Shown here: positions 1 through 13,300 of the stretch, in pieces
How positions within the stretch are numbered: the first letter of the stretch is position 1
How the letters are laid out: every line of letters begins with the position of its first letter
NCBI GenBank assembly: GCA_044892505.1
Contig: CM097882.1
Span: 209,870,001-209,934,000 of the forward strand
Source: Schmidtea nova
Lineage: Eukaryota
Length of the DNA: 64,000 nucleotides
Reading direction: 5' to 3'
Program-made: the position numbers and the translations under genes
Notes under the pieces: model-generated
The model's input: only the letters and a program-made list of their open reading frames with translations
Told to the model about the DNA's origin: nothing
The model's database searches: none

Positions 1-3000
1 TCATATTTTTGACATACGACTGTCTTAGGTAGCCCCAAATTCTTTTCCTTTTCTATTATGCATATTAGATGCATAGTCCCTCCATCCATTTCTTCTATTC
101 GTACTATATCCTGGTCGGATTTTCTGATTAGGCATTTTAATGGGTTATTTTCCCCAATTGGTTCATCTTCTCTATACCAACATATTTTCTCGGCTTCCTG
201 GACATTTATTACTTTTATCCCTGTCTGTGGGTTTGTTGCTTCTTCCCTATTGATTATTGACAATATTACTGTTAGACCCAACCATTTTGAACTCTGCGGT
301 AGGCTTCTGGTTCGCCTTTCATATTTTTCCTCTTTGCCTTTAATCTCTTTTATTTCCTTGTCTCCGTTGTTTATTCCTAGTTTTCCGCTCTTTGCTTCTT
401 TCCCATTTGGTTCTTCTCGTGCTTTTTCTTCTAGTATTTCTACTCCATGGCTTGTATTATCTATATTTAGCCATTGGGTTGTCGATTTTCTTGGGTTTAT
501 TTTGCGTATCCATATAGCTGATAATGCGATTATTACTGGTATGGTCGCTGTTAATATTCCTAAGCCAATTAATTCTTTAATTTGTTTATTCTCGTCTGTT
601 TGTATAGATTTGCTTTGGTTGAACATTATTCCATATTGTCCCTTTAGTTTTCTCATTAATTGTTCTCGTTCCTCTTGTTTTCTTTTAACTTCTTTGATTA
701 CTTCTTCGGGTGTCCATTTTCCTTGAGGGTCGATTATTATTTTTTCTGCGTCCATTTGTTCATTCGTTTGGCTTAGTTCCTTGAATTCAAGTTTCCTTAC
801 TACTCCTTTTGATGTCGCGTTTGCCGGTGTATAGTAGGTTACGCATCTTTCTTGTTGGTTTCCTAGTGCGTCCGTTTTTTCTATTGCGCATACTTCGTAC
901 TCGCTATTAAATTGTAGTTTTTCGATCTTGATTTCTTTATTTGTTTTTCTGCACTCTCTTGATTGTCTTCTTATATGTTTCTGGACTATTATCCAACATA
1001 TTTCCAATGTTTTATTCTCTATTTTCTATAATGTCAGAGTTGCTGAGGTCTTCTTCTCGGGTTTTGTCGTAACTTCCTGGTTTATCGGTTGTTTATTGTT
1101 TTTAAAGGTAGTGGTATACTTCGGTTTTCCTTTGTTTCGCTGTCTTCTTTTATTTTTCCGTGTTAACGTTTTGGTTCCTGTTCCGGATGAAGTTGTATGT
1201 AACCCGCATTCTAGGTCGTTTATCGTTATCTGATCATTTTTCTTTATCAGACATATTTCGTAGGTTTGCTTACTTTCTAAACCTTTTATTTGTATCGTCG
1301 TTGCTCCTGTGCTTGTTCGACATTGTGGTGTCATTCTTTTATTTGTTTCCTTTTCATACTTCCTCCAACATACTCCTTTCACATTTGGTTCTATCTCTTT
1401 TATTTCTAATGTTATGTTTACTTTCTGCTTGATTTGTTTATTTCTCCTCCTCGTTCTCCTTCTGAACCTTATTATCTCTCCAGGTTGGAATGTTTTACAT
1501 TTTGTGGTACCTTTCTTGTTCCTCTCTTTTTCTAGTAGGCATAGTTTGTACATCTTATCTGCTTTTACTTCGGATACTTTAATTACTTTATTTGTTGTTG
1601 GCTTTCGACTTTTCCTTATTTCGTTTACGCCGACTTCCTCATTATTCCTCGCCCAACATTTTATGTTAGTATTCTGTGTATCTTCTACTTCGGTTATTGT
1701 CATAGTTTCAATTTCCCTTCCTTCTTCTAATCGTTTTATTATTATTAGTATGAGTGCTAAACATAATACTTCCATTTGGTAAGTCACTCTTTCGGTTTCG
1801 TTTGTGGCAATTCTTGCTTCGGGCCTCTCTATTGTAATTCGTATAGTTGGTGTTGTTTGTTTGTTTATTGCCTGGGGTTTTTTGTTTTCTGTTCCCTGTG
1901 TCTCTGCTCTTCCACATTTTCCGACGGTGTAATCTCCTTTGGGTGACTGTTGTACTGTCATGGTTACTTTAGGTGTTTGGTAGTTTGCACATGCGATTGT
2001 GTTGTGTGATCTTGGATGCTTTTGTTTTCTAACGGTGCATATTCTGTACCAGGTATCTAGATCTAAGTCATCGATCTCTATGATCTCTTGCTCGTATTCT
2101 GTGATTCTGCAATCCATCGGACTATTTTGTTCCGTTATTTTGTCCTTTTTCGACCAACATACTCGTTCAATTCCTTTTGCGTTTTTTATTTGTATTATTG
2201 CCCTTTCTTCGCATGTCATTCCCTGACTTGGATTAATTATTGTTAAAATCACTGTTAGTAATAGTAATTCTGGTCTGAAGAATGGTTTTATGGTTGATTT
2301 ATAGCCTGTTCTTTGGGTGTCATTTTTATCTCCTTGGTCGTTTTTTCTTTGTTCTCCCTCTTCATTTCTTGGTCTCTCGTCTTCATTCTTCTTTTCTTCC
2401 TTATCTCGTTTCTTGTCTTTTCCTTCATTGTCCTCTTTATCGGGTGGTTCGTGATCGTTTGAATTATCTGAGCTGTTGTCGTCGTCACTATCTGTATTGT
2501 CATCTCCCCCTGGCTTGTCGAAAATGTCGTCCTCAACATTGATTTCTTCTATCAATTTTGCATATGCTAATGTCGTTAGATTACTTGCCTCAAACTCTTG
2601 TGTTTCTACATGCTCCGGTATGACTTTGTTGGTGGATTTATACTCTAAGATTTCCTTTTTAGCTTTGATCCAATTGTTGATGTATGTCTTCATCAATTCT
2701 TTCCATTTGCCTGTGTATTTTTCTTCTTTCGGGCTGTTTGTGATTCTTAGATCCTTTCTTTCCATAAACAACCTCAATATCTCTGGCCATTTATACGTTA
2801 TTAAGGCGCTTCTTATACACCAGTTTTGGTTATGTTCGTAAACTCGTTAATCCTGAATGCTGGTTCGTTTGTATTCGGGTTGATCCACGTGAGTGTTGAT
2901 TCTGTTAGTTCGACATTGTGCATCATTGTCAATACGCTGGGTTTCTTAATTGTTTTAGTTAGGTATTCTATTTCTTCCTGGTTTGAGATTGTTTTAATGA

Positions 3001-4559
3001 AGTTGACCATTTCCCAATTATGTGTTAATAATGCTACATCCAAAATTGAATTGTCTTTATCTGTTTTTCCTGTAAGTCCTGCACCTGCTTTGTATAGTTC
3101 TTCTAACACCTTTGTTTTCGTTTTAGCCCTTGCTGCAAATACCATAAGTGTATCTCCTTTCTCGTCTATCATATTCATGTCACTTCCGCAGTTGTGAATT
3201 ACTCGCGCTATTTCTATTACCTTCCTATCTTTACCGTTTCGCAAAGCTCTATGTATGGGCATTATTCCGTCCTTTGGTAGTAAAAATGCTACTGGCATCT
3301 CCTTTTTTATAGTCGTTATATCGTTACCATTGTATGTTCCCTTTGCGTATGCGTGTACTTTTTCAACTAATGCACCAAGTATTTCTAGTGCATGTTTACA
3401 ATTTTCGAATTCCGGCAACAATTCTTTTGCTTTTTCTTGTATCGCATCTAGTCTAGCTTGGTATGGTGCTTCTGCTTTGAAGAGTGGTGTGAGTTTCTTG
3501 TTACTTTCTCTTTCTTTTTTCTCCAAAACCTGTTTACATTTCTCGGGGTGGTTTAAGATTTTTACTAATTCATCATATTCACTTACTATCGTCTGGTATT
3601 TCTTGTTAAAATTGTTTATGTCTTTGTATGTTATTAGTTTATCAAGTGGTTTCGCACACCATTTCCTAATCTTGTTGAATAAGGCCTCCTTCTCTTTATC
3701 GAATTTGTGTTCTTCTTCATTCTTTGTGATGTTTATGTTTCCTCTGTCTAATAAGGCTAGTAATGTCTTTTGATCGCAAGTAAATTTCAAAAGGTATCTT
3801 AACAGCGCGTTTTGTCCTTCGCTGTACACTTCATTTATGTCTAAGACCCATGCATCATCTTCTGGTCGTTTCCATTTGATTAACTTACGGATCGTATTAC
3901 ATTTACCAATTTTGATTGCCTCTTTGATAATATCTCATTTTATTAATTCGTCTATTTCCCACGTGGAGTTGGCTATTATGTATTTCAGCATTGGTTGGTG
4001 AGAACTCCATATTACGTGATTCAACACTGTTTTGTCTTCTCTATCTCGTTCTGTCCAACTGAAATGAGCTTTTATCAACAAATCTACCATTTCTTTATCT
4101 GCTTGATGGATTGCTGCTGTCATTAATGGGGTTTCCTGTTCCCGATTCCCAACGTCCAAATGTTGGTTTGTTTCATTGGCGATCTTTAAGAATTCCTTTG
4201 CTCTTTCTATGTTTCCACACCTTATCGCCTGGTGTAAAGCTGGTAGTCCTTCTACATCTTTCAATAAGAGTATCTCGGGGATTCTCTCCAATAACTCAGA
4301 GATAATTGGTTTGGTTGGTAATCCTTGTGCGTAACCGCTAATTATATATCTAATGTCCCTTGATATGCCTGCTTCGTCTCTAACATGCCATCTTCCCATT
4401 ATTTCTCTCGCCTTCAATATGATTTCTTTATTTCTGATTTCCTTTTGCCTTATTTCTGCTTTGTCGTCTTCGGTTGTGTTTGTTCTGAGCATATTTATCC
4501 TGGCTGTTTGTGATCTGGTTATTATTCGATTTTCTGGTGTTGTAGTTATCGTTTTAGGT

Positions 4560-7500
4560 ACTTTCTTACATCTGCAGGTGTTTACATATATGGGTCGTAC
4601 TAACGGTCGATTTATTAGCTTAACTTTGACATTATTGTCTTTTTTGTATATAATCTCATAAGGTCCTCGTCCAGGTCTTTGAAGTTTCTTAACAGTTCCT
4701 GGTATTATTTCGGGAGTTTCTATTATCTCCCAATCTCCTGGTTTTAGATCGTTTGCCTTAACATTTTTCTTCTGGTCGTGCAAGTCCTTATAACTTTCTT
4801 GATAAAATTTAATGTTGAGTTCTGCCGTTTTCCATATTTCCTGCATCCTTTCTTTAAATTTGGTCACATAGTCGTCATCTTCCATATATTGCGATAATGG
4901 TGGTTGATACTCCAAATCTATGGGTATGTTGCATTCTCTTCCATACATAAGTTGAAACGGGCTTAGTTTTGTTGCGGCGTGTATCGACATTCGATATGCC
5001 ATTAAACATAATTTTATGTATTCGTCCCAGTCAGTTTGGTGTCTGCTGACGTAATTTGATAACATTCTAATCAGTGTACCATTGAATCGTTCTGTTTGTC
5101 CATTCGTTTGCGGGTGGTACGGTGAAGTTCTCAATTTTGCTATTCTAAAATAGTTTGTCACCTCGTTCAATAACTCACTCATAAAGTTAGTTCCTTGGTC
5201 TGTGAGTATTTGTTTTGGAGTTCCGTATCTGCAACATATTTCTTCCACCAAAAGTTTTGCTACGGTTTTTGCTTTTTGGTCTTGCATGGCAAATGCTTCC
5301 GGGAATTTCGTCAGATAATCCGTTATCACCAATATATAGATATTTCCGTTAAGACTTTCTGGTAATGGTCCTATTACGTCCATTGCTATGGTTGTCATTG
5401 GCTCTGCTGGTATCGGCATTGGTTGTAGCGGGTTTTTCCATTTCTTCCCACTATCCTTTCTGGTTGCGCAGGTTAGGCAATTTTTAATCCATTCTTTTAT
5501 ATCTTCTTCCATTGTTCGCCAATAATATTTATGTCTCATCCGATTTAATGTCTTTTTCTCTGACATATGACCTCCCAATTTCCCATCATGGTATTGGATC
5601 ATTATCTCTTTCCTTCTGTTTTCCGGTAAACACATCAATCTCTTTTAACCGTCTTGTATTAACAACCATTCCTTTATTTATTATATATCTATGTTGATAT
5701 TTTCCTATATGTTCCTTTAATTCCTTATTATCTTTGAATACTTCCATATTTCGAGATGTTAGGAACTCTATGATCTGTCCTAATTCTTTGTCTTCCTGTT
5801 GATCTTTCTTTAACTCACTAAAATCTAAATCTTCCGCTATTAATACACAAATTCGTTGTACATCCGGATCGGTTAATTCCGGGAATGTCAGTCTTGACAT
5901 ACAGTCTGCATTCGCATTTGCTCGTCCTGATTTAAATTTTATGTCTGGTGAGTACTCCTGTAATTGCATTGCCCATCGCATTAATCTACTGGATGTTTCC
6001 TTGTGCTGTCCTAACCATACAAGCGGTTGGTGATCTGTTGTTATGCAGATGATGTGTCCCCATAATAAATATTTAAAGTGTTTAATTGCTAGTATAATTG
6101 CTAACGCTTCTCGCTCGGTTACTGAGTAATTTTTCTCATGCTTTTTGAATGTCCGGCTATAATATCCGATTACCCGTTCTTTTCCTTCATCGTCGTATTG
6201 TCCTAATACTGCTCCCGCTGCATATCCGCTTGCATCTGTTGCAAGTAAGAATGGCTTCTTGAAGTCTGGGTGTACCAATATAGGTGCGGTTATCAGTTTA
6301 TCTCTCAATGTTTCAAAAGCTGTCTGTTGTTCATCTCCCCATATGAATGATACATCTTTCTTTACCAGCTCCTGTATAGGTTTTGCTATCCCGGCGTAAT
6401 CTTTTATAAACTTTCTATAGTATCCACATAGTCCAAGAAACTCTTGCATCTGGGTTATTGTTTTTGGTACTGGACATTCTTTCACCTTGTTGATATTTCT
6501 AGGATCCGGTTCTTTTCCTTTTGCTGACACTATATGTCCCAGAAATGTTACTTTCTCTTTCGCCCAATCGCATTTTGATGGCTTGAGTTTTAACTTCCAT
6601 TGTCTAAGTCTCACGAATACATCTCGAATATCCTGTATGTGTTGTTCAAATGTACTAGAGTAAATTAATAAATCGTCGATGTAGACCATGCACTGCTTTA
6701 TTCCATGGGTGACGAAATTCATGCATCTCTGAAATGATGCTGGTGCGTTCGTTAGTCCAAATGGCATCTTTCGAAATCGATATAGGTCTCTACCGATGGT
6801 AAAGGCAGTTTTCTCTTTATCTTCTTCCTTCATTTTTATTTGCCAGTATCCGCTTTTCAGATCCAGTGATGTAAAATATGCTGTTCCCTGTAATGTTAAT
6901 AGCATTTCGTTGATGTCCGGTAATGGGTAAGTGTCTCGTTTTGTTACCGTATTCAATCTTCGATAGTCGATGCAGAATCTCTGTGTTCCATCTTTCTTCT
7001 TTACCATTACCACTGGAAATTGCCAAGGTGAACAACTTGGTTCGATTACTTCTGCATCCAACATTTTCTTCACTTCTGCTTCTGCTACTGCTTTCTGTGC
7101 TTCCGCTAATTTGTACGGCCTTAATGCAATTGGTGTTTCATCTGTTAATGGTATTGTATGTAGTGTGACATCACATGTTCCTAGATCCAAATCGGATGCT
7201 GCAAATATATCTTTATACTCTATCAGCAGTTTTTCTAATTGCTTCTTTTGATCCTCATTTAATAATTCACTATCAATATTCCAGGTTGGTTCTTTATCCT
7301 TCTCTGCCCCTTCTATTGGTATTTCGATATCCATCATTGGGGTTAATTTACCTAATTTTTCGTTTTCGTAGATTATTTTGTCCTCTTCATCGAAGTTTAC
7401 TACGTTTATTGGGATTTCTCCATCGTCATTTATGTTGACTAATCCTCTTGCCATTGGCAACGCTTTTCTTTTCTCGAATCTCTTACTTGGTTCGAAAATC

Positions 7501-7970
7501 ATATCCCCTTGGATTGTCGGATCTATTTTTACGTAACATATTTTTTCCCTTCTTGCGGGTATAATCATCTGTTTTGAACTTGTTACTTTGGCTTCTATTG
7601 CGCATATTTGTCCGGTGCGATCTTTTAGTCTCATTGTTCCGGGGTCGATTACAATCTCTTTAAATAATGCTGGCATTAAATCTGTTCCGATAATGCAAGG
7701 TACGCTTAACGCTGGTATAACTGCTACGTACGTATCGATTTCCGTATTTAAGTGGCGTATTTTTACCCACCATCTTCCTGCTACTTCTACGATTTCTTTG
7801 CTACAAGCAATTACGTGGACGTTTGTCCTTTCTATTTCTCGTCTTTGGTCCTGCGGTATCCATTTGATGTCGATGGCGGAAATGTTTGCTCCTGTGTCGA
7901 TCATTGCTTCGATTTCTCTTCCGTTAATTTCTATTGTCGTGGTTAGTACTGGACCTGTGTTTGATGACAT
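4560..7970 (-). other. pol: Pol region of element A: protease, RT, RNase H, integrase
   Basis: MIDTGANIS; SPWQFPVVMVKKKDG, LDLKSGYWQ, MPFGLTNAP, YIDD; LATDAS...EREALA; HHCC zinc finger, MDVIGP/TDQG/ERFN core, GPY motif. Confidence 0.95.
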
Positions 7971-8469
7971 TACGGCGATCGTATGTGCGTCTCCTTGTGG
8001 ATCTACACTTCTACATCTTCTCATTTTATAATCTTCTGGTATCATGGGATATACATTTGTCATTGGCATCATTTGCATCGTGGTAGTTCTTCCTCCTTGT
8101 AGTGGTTCTTGGTACATTGTTGGTGGAGGTGCGTAACATTTCCAGGCGTCGGCTGGATTCTTTTCAATGTATTGGGGTGCTTGGTTCTTATACACTTGTC
8201 CTCCTTTATAGTCGTCATCGTCATCATCGTCGTCACTCGAATCATTTTGGGTTTTATATCCTTTCATCCTTTCCAATATACCTTTTCTTTCTCTCTTGAG
8301 CTGTTGTCTTGCTTGTTCGTCATTCATTATCTTCTTAAATTTGCGTCCTATTTCCTCATCTGTTCCCTTCATTTTTGATAATATCTTTAGGAGTCTTTTT
8401 ATTCGGTGGATATCTTTTGAGTGACCGTGTAATACCATGGTTTTAGCCAGAAATGGTAAGAATCCTACC

Positions 8470-10330
8470 ACTAATTTCCAGTTGACTTTCTTTTCTCTTT
8501 TGTAAATATCAAAACACGCGAGCATTTGCGTTATTATCACTCTGACGATTTGTATTATTAGTATAACCCCCAGTATTCCAGCCATCATTTGTCCGAATAT
8601 CAGGAATCTTCCCCACATTGCTTTCATCATATTTTCTGTGGCTTTCTTGAAATGTGCTGGTGACAACAACAGTTCATAATTCGGTCCTTCTCGATAATCC
8701 GTTCTCCCGTTATCGTTACGATACTTGACAGTAATGCTTCTCTTCTCGCCGGGAATAATATATTCTGCCTTGCTGCTTCTAAATCCTTTGGACTATATAT
8801 TCCGTTGTTTGAGACATCTACGTCGCTGAATTGCCTATCCTTTGACAACTGCATTAGTTCGAATTCTCTTGGTGCTATCACTTCGGCTCTTCCTGGGAAC
8901 ATAACCCATTTACCAACTGGTTTCTGATACAGCGGTCCGTACGCATTACTACAGTTGAATGGATTTGGTTCAAACCCTGGTGGATTGATGATCCTCGTCA
9001 CCGGTTGAACGTATCGTACTTTTCCTTTGTAATCGATTTCTAACTCATTTGAACAGGTTCCAGGTTTCAACTGCGTTGTTGCTGCTAGCGACGCGTGTGT
9101 CTTTTCACAAATGTATACATACATTGTTTCTCCAACCACTCTTCCGAAATGTCCTTCTCTCAGTGGTAATAATGGCATCGCGCTATCTGGGTTCGTAATT
9201 GCTACGGTCAACTTTGTCTTTAATATTTCTCGATTCAGTATACAATCATTGTTTATCAGATCGTAGTACACTTTTTGTAATGAGGCTTGTCCTCTATGGA
9301 ATAAGAAATCCATTTTATTGTTCACATACAAGTGTAGTTTGATATCCATTGTGTCGATTTTGGGTTTCGCATTCGGCACTTCTTGTTTTGACACATATAT
9401 TCCTGGATAATTCGTTTCATATACCGTTGTACTACATTTAAGGGTTGCTTTCCCTTTTATGAATCTCATTCCCACATCCTGATTTGTGGTTATCAACACT
9501 GTTGGTGTGGCTCTCATCTCTATCCGTTTTTCTCTATGATCTGGTTTCAATTGTCTTTTATTCTCTAAAGCTTCCTTGAGATGCTTTGCTCTAGCTTTGT
9601 CGTCGTCGTCTTCTTCCTGAAACGTTTTTCCTTGGATTTCGTCGAACTTTGCTCCTTGTAGCAGTTGTAATTGACATTCGTTCACCTTTGGTTTGTACAC
9701 TAATGTTGACATTCCCGTTTGACACATGCTCCTGTCGATTTTACACATGGATAACGTTTTCATTTCTCCCGTTGTTGGTTCGAAGAATGCTTCGTAGCTT
9801 TTCAGTTCGACTATATACGTATCCATCACCACTAAGTTGGTTGCGAGTACTCCGAATATCGGGTAGGTTTCTCCTTGACAATATCCTTCTCCTCCCGTAA
9901 TCCGTCCTGCTACATAGTACGTCTGTTGCAGCATCATTCCTGGCTTTCCTTTTATCTTGATTTTATCCCTTGTTGTTACTTCTCCATGTTTAAACAATGC
10001 TTCGCAGTCTTCTCCTTGTAACACGATTGGTTCTCTTTCCGTTCCTGGCATGACAATTGCTGAATAATGTCCTCTCCCACAGTAGAATGCGAATCTCGTC
10101 TTCTGCACCTTACATTCATTCACCGTTGTCTTTATGAGTTCCGCTTCTTGATACACGTGGTACCATTGTTCCTTTTTAATCTCCTTTAACTCTACTGGAG
10201 TTGCATCTTTGCATTGCTTCGTACCTCTCAATGAATACTTTTTACCTAATGCCATCCGATCGCAATCAAATACTTCGAATGCTGTTGCGCCATCGGTACT
10301 AATCATCCATATCAACATCATCATTATTAT
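8470..10330 (-). other. Env-like glycoprotein region of element A (chuvirus/gB-type)
   Basis: Hydrophobic signal SSIIMMMLIWMISTDGATA, then FEVFDC...; REKR furin-like site; GIYSPKDLEAARQNILFPARR; TM WGRFLIFGQMMAGILGVILII. Near-identical to B. Confidence 0.8.
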
Positions 10331-13300
10331 AGAACTCAAATTCATTGATGACTTCACGTTTCCTGTTCCTGCTTGTTCTTTTTCTAATTCTTCCAATATT
10401 TTTTCTAATTTCTTTTTCATATTCTTGGCTTGCGTTTTCTTTTGATTAGTTTTGATAAACGTTTCCCATCCTCCTTTGTTAATGACGTAGGGTTCTATTT
10501 CTCTGGCTATAATTTTTGCGGTATTTTTTATATGTCTCTCTAATGCAGTAGGTTTTGGTCGACCTCTACTCAGTGTCAACAGATTGTAGATCGTGTATGC
10601 AATGGCTATTACGTATTTGTTATCCGTTTCCGCTCTTTCTGTTAGTTTCTTTATTAACGTAGTGGTTCCTTGCCAGTCTAAATGATTTGATTTTGTTTTT
10701 TCCTTTATAAATTCTGGTAAGATGGGTGCGATTGCGCTGTGTAATGACTTTGCCTTTTCGCTTATCTCAGTTATGCGCCAGTATTTTCTTAATTCCGGAT
10801 CGATTATTGCCAATATTTCCATTATTATTTTTGATATCCATTCCTCACCTTGACACATTTGCGTTGTTTCTTTTTCTTTTATTTCTGCGATTTTATTTAG
10901 TTTCTTTAAACATAATTCCCATTGATCTTGTCTCTTTTCATCCTTATTTCTGATAACTACAGTTGCTGGATCTGTCTTGGGTCTACCTCGAGGTCGTCTA
11001 TCCATTCCTGTACCTGTTTCTACAAATCTAGTTGCTCGTCCGGTTTCTTCCGTGACATCTCTGGGTTCGTTAGCTCTTTCTTCTAACCATCTTTCCATTT
11101 CTTGGGTTAATTGTACATTTTCGACATTCGCTCTTCTTATTTCGTCTTCTGTCAAATCGTTTACTTCTTCTATTATTATTTCTTGTTCGACTTCTGTTTC
11201 CCCGGTGTTGGTTACTGGTATTGTCGTAGGCAATTCTTGTATTCTTTCGAAAATGTTATCGTCTTTTTCCTTTGTTAATTCGGTTAGCTCTTCTATCATA
11301 TCGTCGCTGTCTGTTAAGATTTCGTCCACGTCATATGGTTGTGGTGGAGTCCTTTCTCTGGTTTCTCTGGGTGTTGTCTCAGATCGTCTCGAACTTGTTC
11401 CTGGCGTTAATACTGATTTCATCGGGCTCGGCGTACTTATACTTCCGTGTGGTTTATGGTTTTCTTCTTTACGTTTCAATGGTTGACCCGCTATTGCTTC
11501 TACTGTCAAGGTATTCATGAGATCTAGTTGTGCTGGCGTTATTCCGATTTCCAAACTGTTATCTAATGATCGTCCTTGGTGTTGTAAATGGAATGGTGTT
11601 TCGTATCTCAATTTCTTTTTAATATCCCGAATTTTTTCTGCTATTCCTACCCAGAATTCTTCCTTATCCTTGTTTGGATATATTATTCTTAAATATACTT
11701 TTTGTGGAATTTCCTGCGAGAATTCTTGATTTCTCCATTTCCTAATTACGTGGTCTAGTTGTTCCGGACACCACTCGTTAACTCTTTTATATTCTGCGAT
11801 TGCTTTTGCTACTTTACGCAAGCATGTTATATCTTCTCCATTAACCACGAAAAAATCTGCGAGACCTTTTATTACTTTTCTCTTACCGTGCGCATTAGTT
11901 TTTAATATTTCGACAAATTCTTCCGTTTTTTGCTTTTCCTTTTCTAACCATATAGCCGCTGTTTCTGGTCCATCTAGGTCTATTGGCGTAGCTTTCCTTG
12001 TTACCATGCAAACCCTTCCCATTTCTGGTTCGCAGTCATCTTTCATTCCTGTTTCATATTCTTCTTCATATTCACCTTCTTTTGGTTCCCAACATTTTCC
12101 TTGCTCGTTCCATTGTTTTTCTACGGGTATTCTTAGTCGTCTGTTGAGATTGAGTTTTTCTAATACATTTTCCCACTCTGGCCAAATTCGCCAATTTCGA
12201 TAGATTTCTACTATTTGTTGTAATTTGTGCACAACTTCTTTTTGTCGTTCCCGTTCTCTTTGCTCATCTTTAGCAGTTTCCCTTGGGTTATCGTCCATTC
12301 TGATAACGTGGATTGTTTGGTAATTATCCCATATGCCAATCTTATATAGTCGTCTCTCATCGTGATCCCATAATACATGTTCGTTATATTTTATGATTAT
12401 GTCGTCTTCCCATTCGTCTTCTGGTTCTCTTTGCACTAGTGTCTCGTTGATGACATTTATTAATTCTTTAATGGTGCAATCCGCTACCACTTCAATTTCT
12501 TTGGTGTCTTCATTAGGCAATTCCACTGAAATCTTTAGGTCTGTTATTTTCCCTTCTCTGAACATTGTTTTTCCCATTTTTGCGATTAATTTATCGTGTG
12601 AAATCTGTGACCATCTCGTGTGACTTGTGTCACGTATGTACTCAATACAGCGTTTCAGTTTCTCGTATTCGCTTCTCATTAACTCCTTTCTATGTTTTTT
12701 GACTTGTGGTATGATTTGTTCGATCAGGGAATTTAGGTTCTTTCGTAAGATTCGTCCTTTCTCGTATTCTAGCCGTGGTTTTATCCTCCTTTCGAAACAC
12801 GTGTTTGCTTCCTTTGCAACTTCTTGTAGGTTCTCTTCTTCCTTTTCACCACATATTGATAACAGGGTTACTTCTCCTGGCCATATACCTGTTTCTACTA
12901 AGTGCGTTCTTTTCTTTACGAGTCTATTCTGCGAATAGATGAATTTGTTTTTATATGAACTCCCTAGCCTGTCCTCTACCCATCTGTAGATATCGTCGGT
13001 AAATGGAGTTTTGATCCAGATTCTTGGTGTAGATGTATTTATTATTATTGAGATGGTGTAATTGAGAAGTGGTTCCTCTATTAATTTCCCTACGTATCGA
13101 TTTAACATGTCTACTTCCCGGTCTTGTAACCATTCTTTGTAGTTCATTTGTAATAATGCTTTCATGAATTTCCGATATTGTTTCTTGTCCATGAATTCTT
13201 CGTTATATATTACTTCTAGCGAATTATCTAGTAATTTCTGGATTTCATCCACTTTTATCTGTATAGGTTCTGGGGTCTTTATTACTTTTATCTCTTTGTT

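Noticed and set aside
8627-8710. Overlap of the 1873-aa and 1027-aa ORFs as a programmed gag/pol frameshift
   Set aside because: It is a 1-bp deletion (GGAGAAC vs GGAGGAAC) inside the env ectodomain; B is in frame here and there is no slippery heptamer.
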